This document shows, piece by piece, positions 35,124 to 45,822 of a DNA stretch of 64,000 bases (within the stretch, counting starts at the first letter, position 1; the number at the start of each line of letters is the position of its first letter). The DNA comes from Methanobacteriota archaeon (GTDB lineage Archaea; JAADCQ01; Methanopyri; Methanopyrales; Methanopyraceae), in contig JAMOPO010000052.1 in the NCBI GenBank assembly GCA_027064425.1, forward strand, positions 96,001 to 160,000. The letters run 5' to 3'. The notes under the pieces were generated by a model. The model saw nothing but the letters and a program-made list of their open reading frames with translations, was not told where the DNA came from and searched no databases. Made by a program: the position numbers and the translations under genes.

Positions 35124-35617
35124 CCGAGGCGGACGCGAGCCTCGGCCCCTTGCCCCCAACCCTCATCAACCCTCACTCGCAGCTCTTTCAGGTTCTCCTC
35201 CCCTTCCAGCTCACGTCGTAGCTCTCGGGCGAGGTACCTGGCGAGGTCCTCGGCCGAGAGGGACTCCGCGGGGACGAACGCGACGTCCTCCTCGGGGAAC
35301 ACGTACCGCTTGCCGTCCGGCAGCTCGACCTCCACCTCGCCGTCCTCGCGGCGGACCCTGAACTGGTCGGATTCGGTGGGGATCAGCACCCGGTGGTCCA
35401 ATGGTTTTATCAGCTCCCTGACGAGGCTTTTCAGCCTGTCGAAGTCGTACACGAACCCGTGCGGCTCCGTCCTGCGCCCCCTCAGCTCTATCGACACGTG
35501 GTAAGTGTGACCGTGCAGCCTCCCGCACTTGCCGTGCCCGGGGATCACGTGACAGGCAGAGAACCTTAGACCGAGCTCCCGACCGTCCAGGTACACGCGC
35601 AATCGCGGCTCCCCCAC
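35120..35617 (-). CDS. queD: 6-carboxy-5,6,7,8-tetrahydropterin synthase
   Basis: FSACH..PGHGKCGRLHGHTY, DF..LK, LDH and SAEDLA motifs. Confidence 0.9.
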   Translation of the reverse strand: MGEPRLRVYLDGRELGLRFSACHVIPGHGKCGRLHGHTYHVSIELRGRRTEPHGFVYDFDRLKSLVRELIKPLDHRVLIPTESDQFRVRREDGEVEVELPDGKRYVFPEEDVAFVPAESLSAEDLARYLARELRRELEGEENLKELRVRVDEGWGQGAEARVRLG

Positions 35618-35676
35618 CGATGATGATCAGCCGGAACTCCGACGCCAGATGACGTGCCCTGGCTTTACTGAGGTGG
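35614..35676 (+). ncRNA. Box C/D guide sRNA
   Basis: ccacc GATGATGA(35619) tcagccggaact CCGA cgcca GATGACGT gccctggcttta CTGA(35668) ggtgg; canonical C and D boxes with terminal stem. Confidence 0.85.
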
Positions 35677-35747
35677 CGTACGGGGTCGGCGGTTAAGGCC
35701 CTCATCACCCTTCGGCCACCGCCGTAGGTCCTCATCCCCCGAGGGGG

Positions 35748-37526
35748 TTGAGCGGCGTGCCGGTGGTCACGATCCGGCACGACAAGCTGGTCGAGCTGCT
35801 GGACGAGGACGTGTCCTTCGACGAACTAGCGCACGAGCTGATCCCGATGCTGGGCAGCGACGTGGAGCGCATCGACGAGCGGGAGGGCGTCATCGAGACC
35901 GAGTTCTTCCCGAACCGGCCGGACCTGTACAGCGTGGAGGGGGTCGCCCGGGCGCTCAAAGGGTTTATGGGGCTGGAGACGGGGCTGCCCGAGTACCCAG
36001 TCGGCGACTCCGGGATCCGGGCCCGCGTGGAGGAGAGCGTGCTGGACGAGCGGCCCTGCCTGGCGCTGGCCGTGGTCCGCGGGGTCGAGCTGGACGAGTG
36101 GGACCTGGAGCATCTGATGGAGTTCCAGGAGCACCTGCACTGGGTCATCGGCAGAGACCGCCGCAAGGCGGCCATCGGCATCCACGACCTGGACGCCGTT
36201 GAGCCGCCACTCCGCTACCTGGCGGTGGACCCGGACGACGAGGACTGGGCCTTCGAGCCGCTGGACCACCCGGGAGAGGAGATGACCCCGGCCGAGGTGC
36301 TCAAGCGGCACGAGAAGGGTCGAGAGTACGGCCACCTGGTGGGCGAGCGGGCCCCGATCCTGGCCGACGAGGAGGGGCCGATATCACTGCCGCCGGTGAT
36401 CAACTCCGAGCGCACTCGAGTTACGGAGGACACGACCGACCTGCTGATCGACGTAACCGGCACCGGGTGGCGCCCGGTCCTGGACGCCCTGCACGTGATC
36501 GTGTGCAACCTGGCCGAGCGGGGCGCCAAGATCGAGCGGGTGGAGATCGTCGGCGCGTACGAGCGGATCACCCCGACGATGGAGATCGACGTGTGGGACG
36601 TCCCAGTTCGGGAGGCTCGAAGGCTGCTCGGCGTCGAGCTCTCGGGCGAGGAGCTCGAGGAGCTGCTCTCTCGAGCCCGGCACGAGGCGGTGTTCGTCCC
36701 GGAGGGCGAGCGCGAGCTCCGGGAGCTCCCGCTGCCGGATCACTTCCACGTCGAGGCCGACTGGAGGGAGCTCCCACCAGTTCTGCACGACGAGGACGTC
36801 GTCCGCGTCTTCGTCGGCCCGTGGCGGACCAACATCCTCCACGAGTGGGACCTGATCGAGGACGCGGGCATCATGTACAATTACTCAAAGTTCGAGCCCC
36901 GACCGCCGCGCGTGTACACCGAGTCCCGGGCGGACGAGGAGCGGGAGTTCATCGGCCTGGTCCGGGACATCCTCGCCCGGCTCAAGTTCGTGGAGGTCAA
37001 CTCGCTGACGCTGACCAGCCCGGAGATGAACTACCGCAAGATGCGGCTCGAGCCCGACGGGCGGGCGGTCAAGATCGCCAACCCGATCCAGAGGGAGTAC
37101 ACCATGGTGCGCACTTGGGTCCTGCCGTCCCTGCTCCGCTTCCTGTCGGACAACAAGCACCGGCCCTACCCGCAGCGCGTGTTCGAGGTGGGCGAGGTGG
37201 CCGAGCTGGACGAGGAGGCCGAGACGGGCGCTAGCGACCGCTGGAAGCTGGCCCTGGCGGTGGCGGGGCCGGGGACCGGTTTCTCCGAGATCAAGTCGGT
37301 GGTGGAGGCCCTGCTGCGCGAGCTCGACGTGCGGGAGTGGGAGGTGAAGGAGCTGGATCACCCATCATTTATTAATGGGAGGTGCGCCGAGGTCCTTGTG
37401 AACGGCCTGAAAATAGGCTTCTTCGGCGAGATCCACCCGGAGGTGCTGGAGGAGTTCGATTTAGAGGTCCCCGTCGCCGCCGGTGAGTTCGAGATTTCCG
37501 CCCTCAGAAGGGCGGCCGGGTGGTGA
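35748..37526 (+). CDS. pheT: Phenylalanyl-tRNA synthetase beta subunit
   Basis: PNRPDLYSVEG, GRDRRKAAIGIHD, SLPPVINS, DLIED, IANP and GEIHPEVL motifs. Confidence 0.96.
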   Translation: MSGVPVVTIRHDKLVELLDEDVSFDELAHELIPMLGSDVERIDEREGVIETEFFPNRPDLYSVEGVARALKGFMGLETGLPEYPVGDSGIRARVEESVLDERPCLALAVVRGVELDEWDLEHLMEFQEHLHWVIGRDRRKAAIGIHDLDAVEPPLRYLAVDPDDEDWAFEPLDHPGEEMTPAEVLKRHEKGREYGHLVGERAPILADEEGPISLPPVINSERTRVTEDTTDLLIDVTGTGWRPVLDALHVIVCNLAERGAKIERVEIVGAYERITPTMEIDVWDVPVREARRLLGVELSGEELEELLSRARHEAVFVPEGERELRELPLPDHFHVEADWRELPPVLHDEDVVRVFVGPWRTNILHEWDLIEDAGIMYNYSKFEPRPPRVYTESRADEEREFIGLVRDILARLKFVEVNSLTLTSPEMNYRKMRLEPDGRAVKIANPIQREYTMVRTWVLPSLLRFLSDNKHRPYPQRVFEVGEVAELDEEAETGASDRWKLALAVAGPGTGFSEIKSVVEALLRELDVREWEVKELDHPSFINGRCAEVLVNGLKIGFFGEIHPEVLEEFDLEVPVAAGEFEISALRRAAGW

Positions 37527-37529
37527 CCC

Positions 37530-38732
37530 TTGGAACAGATCGTCAAGTCAGCGCTGGAGCGAATGGAGGAGGAAGTCAAGGGGGGAGAAGCCCCACCCCA
37601 CCGCGACCGTAGCCAGTCCGAAGAGGACCAAGAGCTGATGGAGGTCCTGGAGGAGGCTCGCGCCAAGATCCTGGTCGTGGGCGTCGGCGGGGCGGGCAAC
37701 AACACCGCCACCCGGCTCAAGGAGGAGGGGATCGAGGGCGCGGAGATCGTCGCCGTGAACACGGACGCTCAGGACCTCGTCGCCTGCAAGGCGGACAGGA
37801 AGGTGTTGATCGGCTACGAGCTCACCCGCGGGCTCGGCGCGGGCGGGGACCCGCGCATCGGCGAGGAGGCTGCGAAGGAGGACATCGACAAGATCAAGGA
37901 GGTCGTCGAGGGCGCGGACATGGTGTTCGTGACCTGCGGGCTCGGCGGCGGGACCGGGACAGGGGCCGCCCCCGTCATCGCTGAGGCCGCCCGGAAGAGC
38001 GGCGCCCTCACCATCGGGGTCGTCACCCTCCCGTTCTCCGTGGAGGGCCGCAAGCGCATCGAGAACGCGCTCGAGGGGCTGGACAAGCTCAAGCAGGTCG
38101 TGGACACGTGCATCGTCATCCCGAACGACCGTCTCCTGGAGATCGTCCCCGACCTGCCCATCACCGCCGCGTTCAAGGTCGCCGACGAGGTCCTGATCAA
38201 CGCGGTGAAGGGCATCACCGAGATGATCACCAAGCCGGGTCTCATGAACCTCGACTTCGCGGACGTGAAGGCCGTGATGGAGGACGGCGGCCTCGCGCTC
38301 ATCGGTATCGGAGAGGCGGAGAACGATTCCGAATCCAACCGCTCGGTCAAAGCCGTCGAGAGCGCCCTGAACAACCCGCTCGTCGAGGTCGACGTGAGCG
38401 GGGCGACGGGAGCCCTGGTCAACATCGTCGGCGGGAAGGACCTGACCCTCAAGGAGGCTGAGGAGGTGGTGGAGCTGGTGGCCTCCGAGCTGGCGGAGGA
38501 CGCGACCATCATCTGGGGCGCTCAGATCGACGAGGACCTGAACGACATCCTCCGCGTCACGGTCATCGTGACCGGGATAGAGGACGTCGACTTCCACTCG
38601 ATGTTCAACATCTCCGGCTCCGGCCGCCGCGAGGAGGAAGAGGAGGAGCGTCCCCTGGAAACCAGGAAACGCGAGGAAGAGAAAAGGAAAAGGGAGACCC
38701 CCTCGATCGACGAGCTGGAGAAGATCCTGTAG
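37530..38732 (+). CDS. ftsZ: Cell division protein FtsZ
   Basis: [26 protein letters not shown] and NLDFADV motifs. Confidence 0.97.
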   Translation: MEQIVKSALERMEEEVKGGEAPPHRDRSQSEEDQELMEVLEEARAKILVVGVGGAGNNTATRLKEEGIEGAEIVAVNTDAQDLVACKADRKVLIGYELTRGLGAGGDPRIGEEAAKEDIDKIKEVVEGADMVFVTCGLGGGTGTGAAPVIAEAARKSGALTIGVVTLPFSVEGRKRIENALEGLDKLKQVVDTCIVIPNDRLLEIVPDLPITAAFKVADEVLINAVKGITEMITKPGLMNLDFADVKAVMEDGGLALIGIGEAENDSESNRSVKAVESALNNPLVEVDVSGATGALVNIVGGKDLTLKEAEEVVELVASELAEDATIIWGAQIDEDLNDILRVTVIVTGIEDVDFHSMFNISGSGRREEEEEERPLETRKREEEKRKRETPSIDELEKIL

Positions 38733-38743
38733 GGGGATCCCCC

Positions 38744-38929
38744 GTGAGCGCGCTCCGCGACCTCATCGAGTTCCTCCGCGAGTGCCGGATGGTCCTGAAA
38801 GCCGCCCGCAAGCCCACCCGGGACGAGTACCTTGAGTCCGCCAAGATCGCGGGCGCGGGCATCCTGATCGTCGGCGGGATCGGGTTCCTGATCCGGGTGA
38901 TCGTCCAGGTCCTGCAACTATATTACTAG
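38744..38929 (+). CDS. secE: Protein translocase SecE/Sec61 gamma
   Basis: [33 protein letters not shown]; conserved ftsZ-secE-spt5 context. Confidence 0.93.
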   Translation: MSALRDLIEFLRECRMVLKAARKPTRDEYLESAKIAGAGILIVGGIGFLIRVIVQVLQLYY

Positions 38930-38944
38930 GTGGGGCCGGGCGCG

Positions 38945-39460
38945 TTGGCGGAGGAGAATGGGGAGAACGGCGAGGAGACGGAGTCAAAGTTCTACGCCGT
39001 CCGCGTGCAGGCTGGTAGGGAGAAGAACGCCGCGGAAATGCTCGCGATGCGGGCCCGGAAGCGCATCAAGGAGGACAACGCGGACCTCGGCCTGAAAGCC
39101 ATCATCGCCCCGGACGATCTCCGCGGGTACTTCATCCTGGAGGTCGAGGATCTCACCGATGAGCTCCGGGAGCTCGTGTACGACCTGCCCGACGCGCGCG
39201 GTATCGTGGACAAGCAGATCGACTTCGAGGAGATCGACCACTACTTCGCGCCGAAGCCAGAGGCCGTGGAGATCAGCGAGGGCGACATCGTCGAGATCCT
39301 CTCCGGACCGTTCAAGGGCGAGAAGGCCCGCGTCGTAAGCGTCGACGAGTCCCGAGGAGAGATCACCGTCGAGCTGCTCGAGGCGCCCGTGCCCATCCCC
39401 GTAACGGTAAAAGTCGACTCCCTCCGGCTCCTGCGGGAAGAGGAGGAGTACGAGGAGTAA
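38945..39460 (+). CDS. spt5: Transcription elongation factor Spt5/NusG
   Basis: YAVRVQAGRE, LRGYFILE and KOW motif GDIVEILSGPFKGEKARV. Confidence 0.95.
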   Translation: MAEENGENGEETESKFYAVRVQAGREKNAAEMLAMRARKRIKEDNADLGLKAIIAPDDLRGYFILEVEDLTDELRELVYDLPDARGIVDKQIDFEEIDHYFAPKPEAVEISEGDIVEILSGPFKGEKARVVSVDESRGEITVELLEAPVPIPVTVKVDSLRLLREEEEYEE

Positions 39461-39487
39461 TCAAGTGGGGTTGGGGGCGCCCTCCCC

Positions 39488-40000
39488 ATGGGCAAGGAGG
39501 AGGTTGAAGTGCTGATCGAGGGAGGTAAGGCCGACCCCGGACCACCGTTGGGACCGGCCCTCGGACCGCTGGGAGTTAACATCCAGGAAGTGGTGGAGGA
39601 GATCAACAAGAAGACCAAGAAGTTCGAGGGAATGGAGGTTCCAGTTAAGATCATCGTGGATACGGAAACCAAGGAATTCGAGGTTAAAGTCGGATCACCA
39701 CCGACGTCAGCGATCATCAAGAAGGAGCTCGGTATCGACAAGGGAGCCCACGAGCCCAGGCGCGAGACCGTCGGCGATCTGTCAATGGAGCAGGTGATCA
39801 AGATCGCCAAGATGAAGTTCGACGACCTGCTCTCGTACGACCTCAAGACGGCCGTCAAGGAGATCCTTGGAACCTGCGGCAGCATGGGCGTGACGGTGGA
39901 GGGCAAGGACCCGAAGGAGGTCCAGAAGGAGGTGGACGAGGGCAAGTGGGACGATCTGATCGAGAAGCACGAAAAGGAGCTCAAGGAGGAGGAAGAGTAG
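39488..40000 (+). CDS. rpl11: 50S ribosomal protein L11
   Basis: [18 protein letters not shown] and GTCGSMGV motifs. Confidence 0.97.
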   Translation: MGKEEVEVLIEGGKADPGPPLGPALGPLGVNIQEVVEEINKKTKKFEGMEVPVKIIVDTETKEFEVKVGSPPTSAIIKKELGIDKGAHEPRRETVGDLSMEQVIKIAKMKFDDLLSYDLKTAVKEILGTCGSMGVTVEGKDPKEVQKEVDEGKWDDLIEKHEKELKEEEE

Positions 40001-40016
40001 CGGCGGGTGACCCGGG

Positions 40017-40661
40017 TTGCTGAAGAAGGAGGACCTGATCGAGCCGCTGGAGAAGGTCGTGGAGTACTCCCCGCCCCGCCGCTTCCTGGAGTCCGTTGAC
40101 ATGATCATCAACCTCACCGGCGTCGACCTGTCCGACCCCTCCCAGCGCATCGACAAGGAGGTGGTGCTGCCCCACGGTCGCGGCAAGCCGGTGAAGGTCT
40201 GCGTGATCGCCGAGGGCGAGATGGCCCGGGAGGCTGAGGAGGCCGGGGCGACGGTCATCACGAGGGAAGACCTCCAGCGGCTCGCGGAGAACAAGCGCGA
40301 GGCCAAGAAGCTGGCCCGGAAGCATGACTTCTTCTACGCCCAGGCCGACCTCATGCCTGAGGTGGGTCGCGTGCTCGGACCCGTCCTGGGCCCGCGGGGC
40401 AAGATGGCCAAGCCGATCCCACCCAACGCCGACGTCAAGGCCGTCATCGAGCGCGCGCACCGCACGGCCCGCGTCAAGATGCGCGACCAGCCGGTCATTC
40501 ACACGGTCATCGGCGCCCGCAACATGGAGCCGGAGAAGCTGGCCGAGAACGCCATGACGGTCATCAACGAGGTCGTGTCCGAGCTCGACAAGGGCTGGTC
40601 CCAGATCGACTCCATCTTCGTGAAGACTACGATGGGCCCGGCCGAGCGGGTGTACCCGTAG
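40017..40661 (+). CDS. rpl1: 50S ribosomal protein L1
   Basis: RRFLESVD, LPHGRG, LGPRGKM and KTTMGP motifs. Confidence 0.97.
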   Translation: MLKKEDLIEPLEKVVEYSPPRRFLESVDMIINLTGVDLSDPSQRIDKEVVLPHGRGKPVKVCVIAEGEMAREAEEAGATVITREDLQRLAENKREAKKLARKHDFFYAQADLMPEVGRVLGPVLGPRGKMAKPIPPNADVKAVIERAHRTARVKMRDQPVIHTVIGARNMEPEKLAENAMTVINEVVSELDKGWSQIDSIFVKTTMGPAERVYP

Positions 40662-40674
40662 GGGCGTGAGCGCG

Positions 40675-41754
<1,080 letters not shown>

Positions 41755-41775
41755 CCCGGGCCGGGGGCCACGCCC

Positions 41776-42312
41776 CTGCCCCATAACGTCGTTCTTACCG
41801 GCAGGCCCGGCGTCGGCAAGACCACGATTTGTCTCAAGGTTCGAAACGATTTGGAGGACCGCGGCTACACCGTCGGCGGCATTTACTGCCCCGAGGTGCG
41901 GCGCGGCGGCCGGCGCGTAGGGTTCAAGATCGTCGACCTGACCGAGGACGACGAGTACCCGCTCGCGGAGGTGGGCGCCCCCGGCCCGCGCGTGGGCCGC
42001 TACGGCGTTTACGTTGAGAACCTCGAGCGCGCGGCCGACTCCATCGAGCGCGCCGTCGAGGAGGCGGACCTGGTCATCGTGGACGAGGTCGGCCCGATGG
42101 AGCTCAAGTCCGAGCGGTTCGTCGAGGCCGTCGAGACCGCGGCCGACGCCGAGACCCCGACCATTTTCGTCGTCCACGAGCGTTCCCGGCACCCGACCGT
42201 GGTCGACCTCCGCGAGCGCCGCGACGACGCTGAACGCTACCGCGTCACGCTCGAGAACCGGGACCGACTTCCGGAGGAGATCGTCCAGCTGGTGCTGGAC
42301 TGGCTCGAGTAA
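41776..42312 (+). CDS. THEP1-family NTPase
   Basis: In-frame upstream extension gives VVLTGRPGVGKTT (Walker A); GGIYCPEVR, VGRYGV and IVDEVGPMEL; CTG start at 41776 inferred. Confidence 0.9.
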   Translation: MPHNVVLTGRPGVGKTTICLKVRNDLEDRGYTVGGIYCPEVRRGGRRVGFKIVDLTEDDEYPLAEVGAPGPRVGRYGVYVENLERAADSIERAVEEADLVIVDEVGPMELKSERFVEAVETAADAETPTIFVVHERSRHPTVVDLRERRDDAERYRVTLENRDRLPEEIVQLVLDWLE

Positions 42313-42330
42313 GGGACCGCGGGTGATAGC

Positions 42331-44010
42331 GTGGAGAGGGTCACCTGCGACGTCCTCGTGATCGGGGGCGGCGGCGCGGCCCTACGGGCCGCGATAGAGG
42401 CGGCCCGCCACGACCTGAGCGTCGTGATCGTGTCCAAAGGCCCCCTCGGCCGGAGCGGCTGCACCGTCATGGCCGAGGGCGGTTACAACGCCGTCCTGAG
42501 GACCGAGTCCCCCGACGACTCCTTCGAGCTGCACTTCCGGGACACCGTGGAGGGAGGCTCCTACCTCAACGACCAGCGACTGGTCGAGATCCTGGTTCGG
42601 GAGGCGCCCGACCGCCTCCTCGACCTGGAGAACTACGGGGCCGTGTTCACCCGCAACGAGGACGGCACCCTCGCCCAGCGCCCCTTCGGCGGTCAATCCC
42701 GACCCCGGACGTGCTACGCCGGCGACCGCACCGGCCACGAGATCGCCATGGCCCTGCTGGACGAGGTGCGCCGCCTGGACCGCGTCCGCACGCTCGAGAA
42801 CGTGATGGCCTACCGGCTGATCAAGGACGACGACGGCCGCATCGCGGGCGCGCTGTGCCTGGACCTGGAGCGGGAGGACACCCTCGTCGTCCTGGCCCAC
42901 GCCACCATCCTCGCCACCGGCGGGGCCGGCCAGATTTACCCGGTCACCACCAACCCCGCGTACAAGACCGGCGACGGGTACGTCATGGCCCTGAAGGCGG
43001 GCTGCCCGCTCATCGACATGGAGATGGTCCAGTTCCATCCCACCGGGATGGTGTACCCCGAGAGCGCCCGGGGCATCCTCGTCACCGAGGCCGTCCGCGG
43101 CGAGGGCGGCCGCCTATACAACGCGGAAGGAGAGCGCTTCATGAAGCGGTACGACCCCGACCGGATGGAGCTGGCGACCCGGGACGTGGTGGCCCGAGCC
43201 ATCTACCGCGAGATCAAGGAGGGTCGGGGCACCGAGCACGGGGGCGTGTACCTCGACCTCACCCACCTGCCCGACGAGGTGATCGAGACGAAGCTCGAAA
43301 CCACCCTCCGCCAGTTCCTCCGCTACGGGATCGACATCCGTGAGGAGCCGATGGAGGTAGCGCCCACCGCCCACCACTTCATGGGAGGCGTCCCCATCAA
43401 CGAGCGCGCCGAGACCCCGCTCCCCCGACTCTTCGCCTGCGGTGAGGTCACCGGCGGCGTCCACGGGGCCAACCGGCTGGGAGGTAACGCGCTGGCCGAC
43501 ACCCAGGTGTTCGGGTGCCGAGCCGGCCTGTACGCCGCGAAGCTCGCCCGCCGGCTTCGAGCGCGAGGGGAGCGACCCCGCGTGAGCAGGCTCCGACTGC
43601 TGGATCTCGAGTCCAAGCTCTGGGAGCGGCTCGGAGAGGAGGACCCCCTCGAGGTCCGCCGCGAGCTCCGAAAGACCATGTGGGATCACGTGGGCCTCGA
43701 GCGCTCCGAGCGCGGGCTGAAGAAGGCCATCAAGCGCCTGGAGGAGCTCAAGCGCCGCGTGGAAGAGCGCGGCGTCGACGACGGCCCCGGGCTGCGGCTC
43801 GCCCTCGAGACGGTCAACATGATCGAGGTCGGGCTGGCCGTCGCCCGCTCCGCACTCTTCCGTCGTGAGAGTCGAGGCGCCCATTACCGCACGGACTACC
43901 CCGAGCGCGACGACGAGAACTGGCTCAAGCACACCGTCTACCGGCCCGACGGGAGCCTCGGGACCAAGCCGGTCGACGTCAGCCGGATAGATCCTCGATC
44001 ACAGGATTGA
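42331..44010 (+). CDS. tfrA: Thiol:fumarate reductase flavoprotein subunit A (SdhA/FrdA family)
   Basis: GGGGAA, SGCTVMAEGG, QFHPTG, TEAVRGEGG, HHFMGG, HGANRLGGN and ESRGAHYR motifs. Confidence 0.88.
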   Translation: MERVTCDVLVIGGGGAALRAAIEAARHDLSVVIVSKGPLGRSGCTVMAEGGYNAVLRTESPDDSFELHFRDTVEGGSYLNDQRLVEILVREAPDRLLDLENYGAVFTRNEDGTLAQRPFGGQSRPRTCYAGDRTGHEIAMALLDEVRRLDRVRTLENVMAYRLIKDDDGRIAGALCLDLEREDTLVVLAHATILATGGAGQIYPVTTNPAYKTGDGYVMALKAGCPLIDMEMVQFHPTGMVYPESARGILVTEAVRGEGGRLYNAEGERFMKRYDPDRMELATRDVVARAIYREIKEGRGTEHGGVYLDLTHLPDEVIETKLETTLRQFLRYGIDIREEPMEVAPTAHHFMGGVPINERAETPLPRLFACGEVTGGVHGANRLGGNALADTQVFGCRAGLYAAKLARRLRARGERPRVSRLRLLDLESKLWERLGEEDPLEVRRELRKTMWDHVGLERSERGLKKAIKRLEELKRRVEERGVDDGPGLRLALETVNMIEVGLAVARSALFRRESRGAHYRTDYPERDDENWLKHTVYRPDGSLGTKPVDVSRIDPRSQD

Positions 44011-45625
44011 CCAACCGGACCTCCTTCCCCTCCACCCGCACCATCCCACGGTCGGTCAGCCGCACCTCCGGGACCACCGGCAGCGTCACGAAGGAGAGCA
44101 CCTGGAACGGGTCCCCCTCCACGTCGGACAGCTCGCGCACCCGCTCCAGGACCGACCCGTACGCCTCGACGAACTCCTCCGGCTCCCGGGATGACATCAA
44201 CCCCGCCACGTCCAACTCGACCGCCTCGCACCCACCATCCCAGACCACCCCAACGCATCCCCCCAACCGGCCGGCCAGCCTCACCCCCTCCCGAACCAGC
44301 CGCAGGTCCCGGCCGACCACCACCACGTTGTGGGCGTCGTGAGCGACCGTCGTAACCAGCGCGCACTCGAGGTCGTCGATCCCCTCCAGGAAGCCCAGCG
44401 ACCAGCTCCCCTCCCCGTACCGGTCCACCACGACCAGGAACGCGATCCCCTCCTCCATCACCCTACCGTCCCGAATCGTGATCTCCTCCACGACCTCCCG
44501 GGTCCTGATCGTCCCCGGCCTGACCCCCACGCACCTCACCCGGTACCTACCGTCCTCGAACCCGATATCCTCCGGGTCGACGCCCACCTCCACCCGGGGA
44601 AGCTCCGCCTCCGCCCCCTCGAACTCCGCATCCTCCCTCGGGGTTCCCTCCAGGAAGACCCGCCGGGGTTCGACTTCCTCCAACCCGCTCAGCACGACCA
44701 CGTCCGCGTGGTAGCCGGGGGCCAACCGACCGGTCCTCAGCCCGTAGCACAGGGACGGGTTCAGGGTCACCGTCCCGAGCGCCTCCAGCGGGTCGAACCC
44801 CGCCTCCACGGCCCGCCTGACCATCTTGGCCAGCGAGACCTCGTCCATGTCGCTCGCGTGGAGATCATCCGTCACGAAGCACACGCCGCTGAGATCGTCC
44901 AGCGCCTCGAGGGCGGCCTCCAGGTCCCGGGACGAGGAACCCTCCCGGACGAACGTCCACACGCCCAGCTCACGCCTCCACCGGAACTCCTCCCCCGTCG
45001 AGCACTCGTGGTCGGTCTCCGGCCCCGCGGAAAAGTACCGCGCGGCCCCGGGACCCACGAGGCCGGGGGCGTGCCCGTCGACCCTCAGCCCCATCCGCCG
45101 GGCCAGCCGCACGAGCTCGTCCTTCCGCCCCTCCAGGACCCCCTCCACGTCCATCATCTCGCCCAGCGCCACCACCATCGGGTGGTCGGCGTACCGCTCC
45201 ACGATCTCCGGCGTCACCTTCCCCCGAACGGTCTCGAACGGCTCCCCAAGGGCCGGCACGCACGATGGAAGCGCCAGGTAGAACTTGAAAGGTCGGGCCC
45301 GCTCGGCGGTTCTCAGAGCCCACCTCAACCCCTCCTCGCCCGCCACGTTCACGACCTCGTGTGGATCCCACACGACCGACGTCACGCCGCGCTCGGAGAC
45401 GACCCGCGCGTAGCCGGGCGGGCTCAGACCGGAGCTCTCCACGTGCACGTGAGCGTCCACGAAGCCCGGGCAGATAACCCCGTCGACCTCGATCACGTCC
45501 ACGTCGCCCAGCTCGTCGGGCAGGTCGGAGAACACGCCCAGGATGCGACCCCTCTCCCAGACGACGTAGCCGGGACGAACGCGCGAGAACCAGGGGTCAA
45601 CGACGCGACCGTGAAGCGCCCTCAG
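43979..45625 (-). CDS. ade: Adenine deaminase
   Basis: PGFVDAHVHVESS, DPHE, GEMMD, DGHAPG, DHEC, REGS, TDD and AHDAHN motifs; N-terminus extends to CTG 45625. Confidence 0.9.
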   Translation of the reverse strand: MRALHGRVVDPWFSRVRPGYVVWERGRILGVFSDLPDELGDVDVIEVDGVICPGFVDAHVHVESSGLSPPGYARVVSERGVTSVVWDPHEVVNVAGEEGLRWALRTAERARPFKFYLALPSCVPALGEPFETVRGKVTPEIVERYADHPMVVALGEMMDVEGVLEGRKDELVRLARRMGLRVDGHAPGLVGPGAARYFSAGPETDHECSTGEEFRWRRELGVWTFVREGSSSRDLEAALEALDDLSGVCFVTDDLHASDMDEVSLAKMVRRAVEAGFDPLEALGTVTLNPSLCYGLRTGRLAPGYHADVVVLSGLEEVEPRRVFLEGTPREDAEFEGAEAELPRVEVGVDPEDIGFEDGRYRVRCVGVRPGTIRTREVVEEITIRDGRVMEEGIAFLVVVDRYGEGSWSLGFLEGIDDLECALVTTVAHDAHNVVVVGRDLRLVREGVRLAGRLGGCVGVVWDGGCEAVELDVAGLMSSREPEEFVEAYGSVLERVRELSDVEGDPFQVLSFVTLPVVPEVRLTDRGMVRVEGKEVRLVNPVIEDLSG

Positions 45626-45654
45626 CGACCGTCCCCCCGAGGGAAGGAGGTACG

Positions 45655-45782
45655 GCGGGGAGGTAGGCGCGCGGGGTCATCGGTCGGCTCGTCGGCCCAC
45701 TCCCCCGCGCTTGTGGCCCGGCGGAGCCCACGCGGGGTCATCCCCGGAGTCTCCGCGTCACCCGCGCCGGTTGGACCGGGCC
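45655..45782 (-). ncRNA. H/ACA guide RNA (clear hairpin 45712-45782 plus a second K-turn hairpin)
   Basis: Minus strand: ggcccggt [ccaaccgg] cgcggg-TGA...GATGA-ccccgcg [tgggctcc] gccgggcc ACA; a second CCGA...GATGAccccgcg unit follows. Confidence 0.72.
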
Positions 45783-45822
45783 GTGCCCCGTCCCCAAGTC
45801 GCGGCGTATGAAGTTACCGCCT

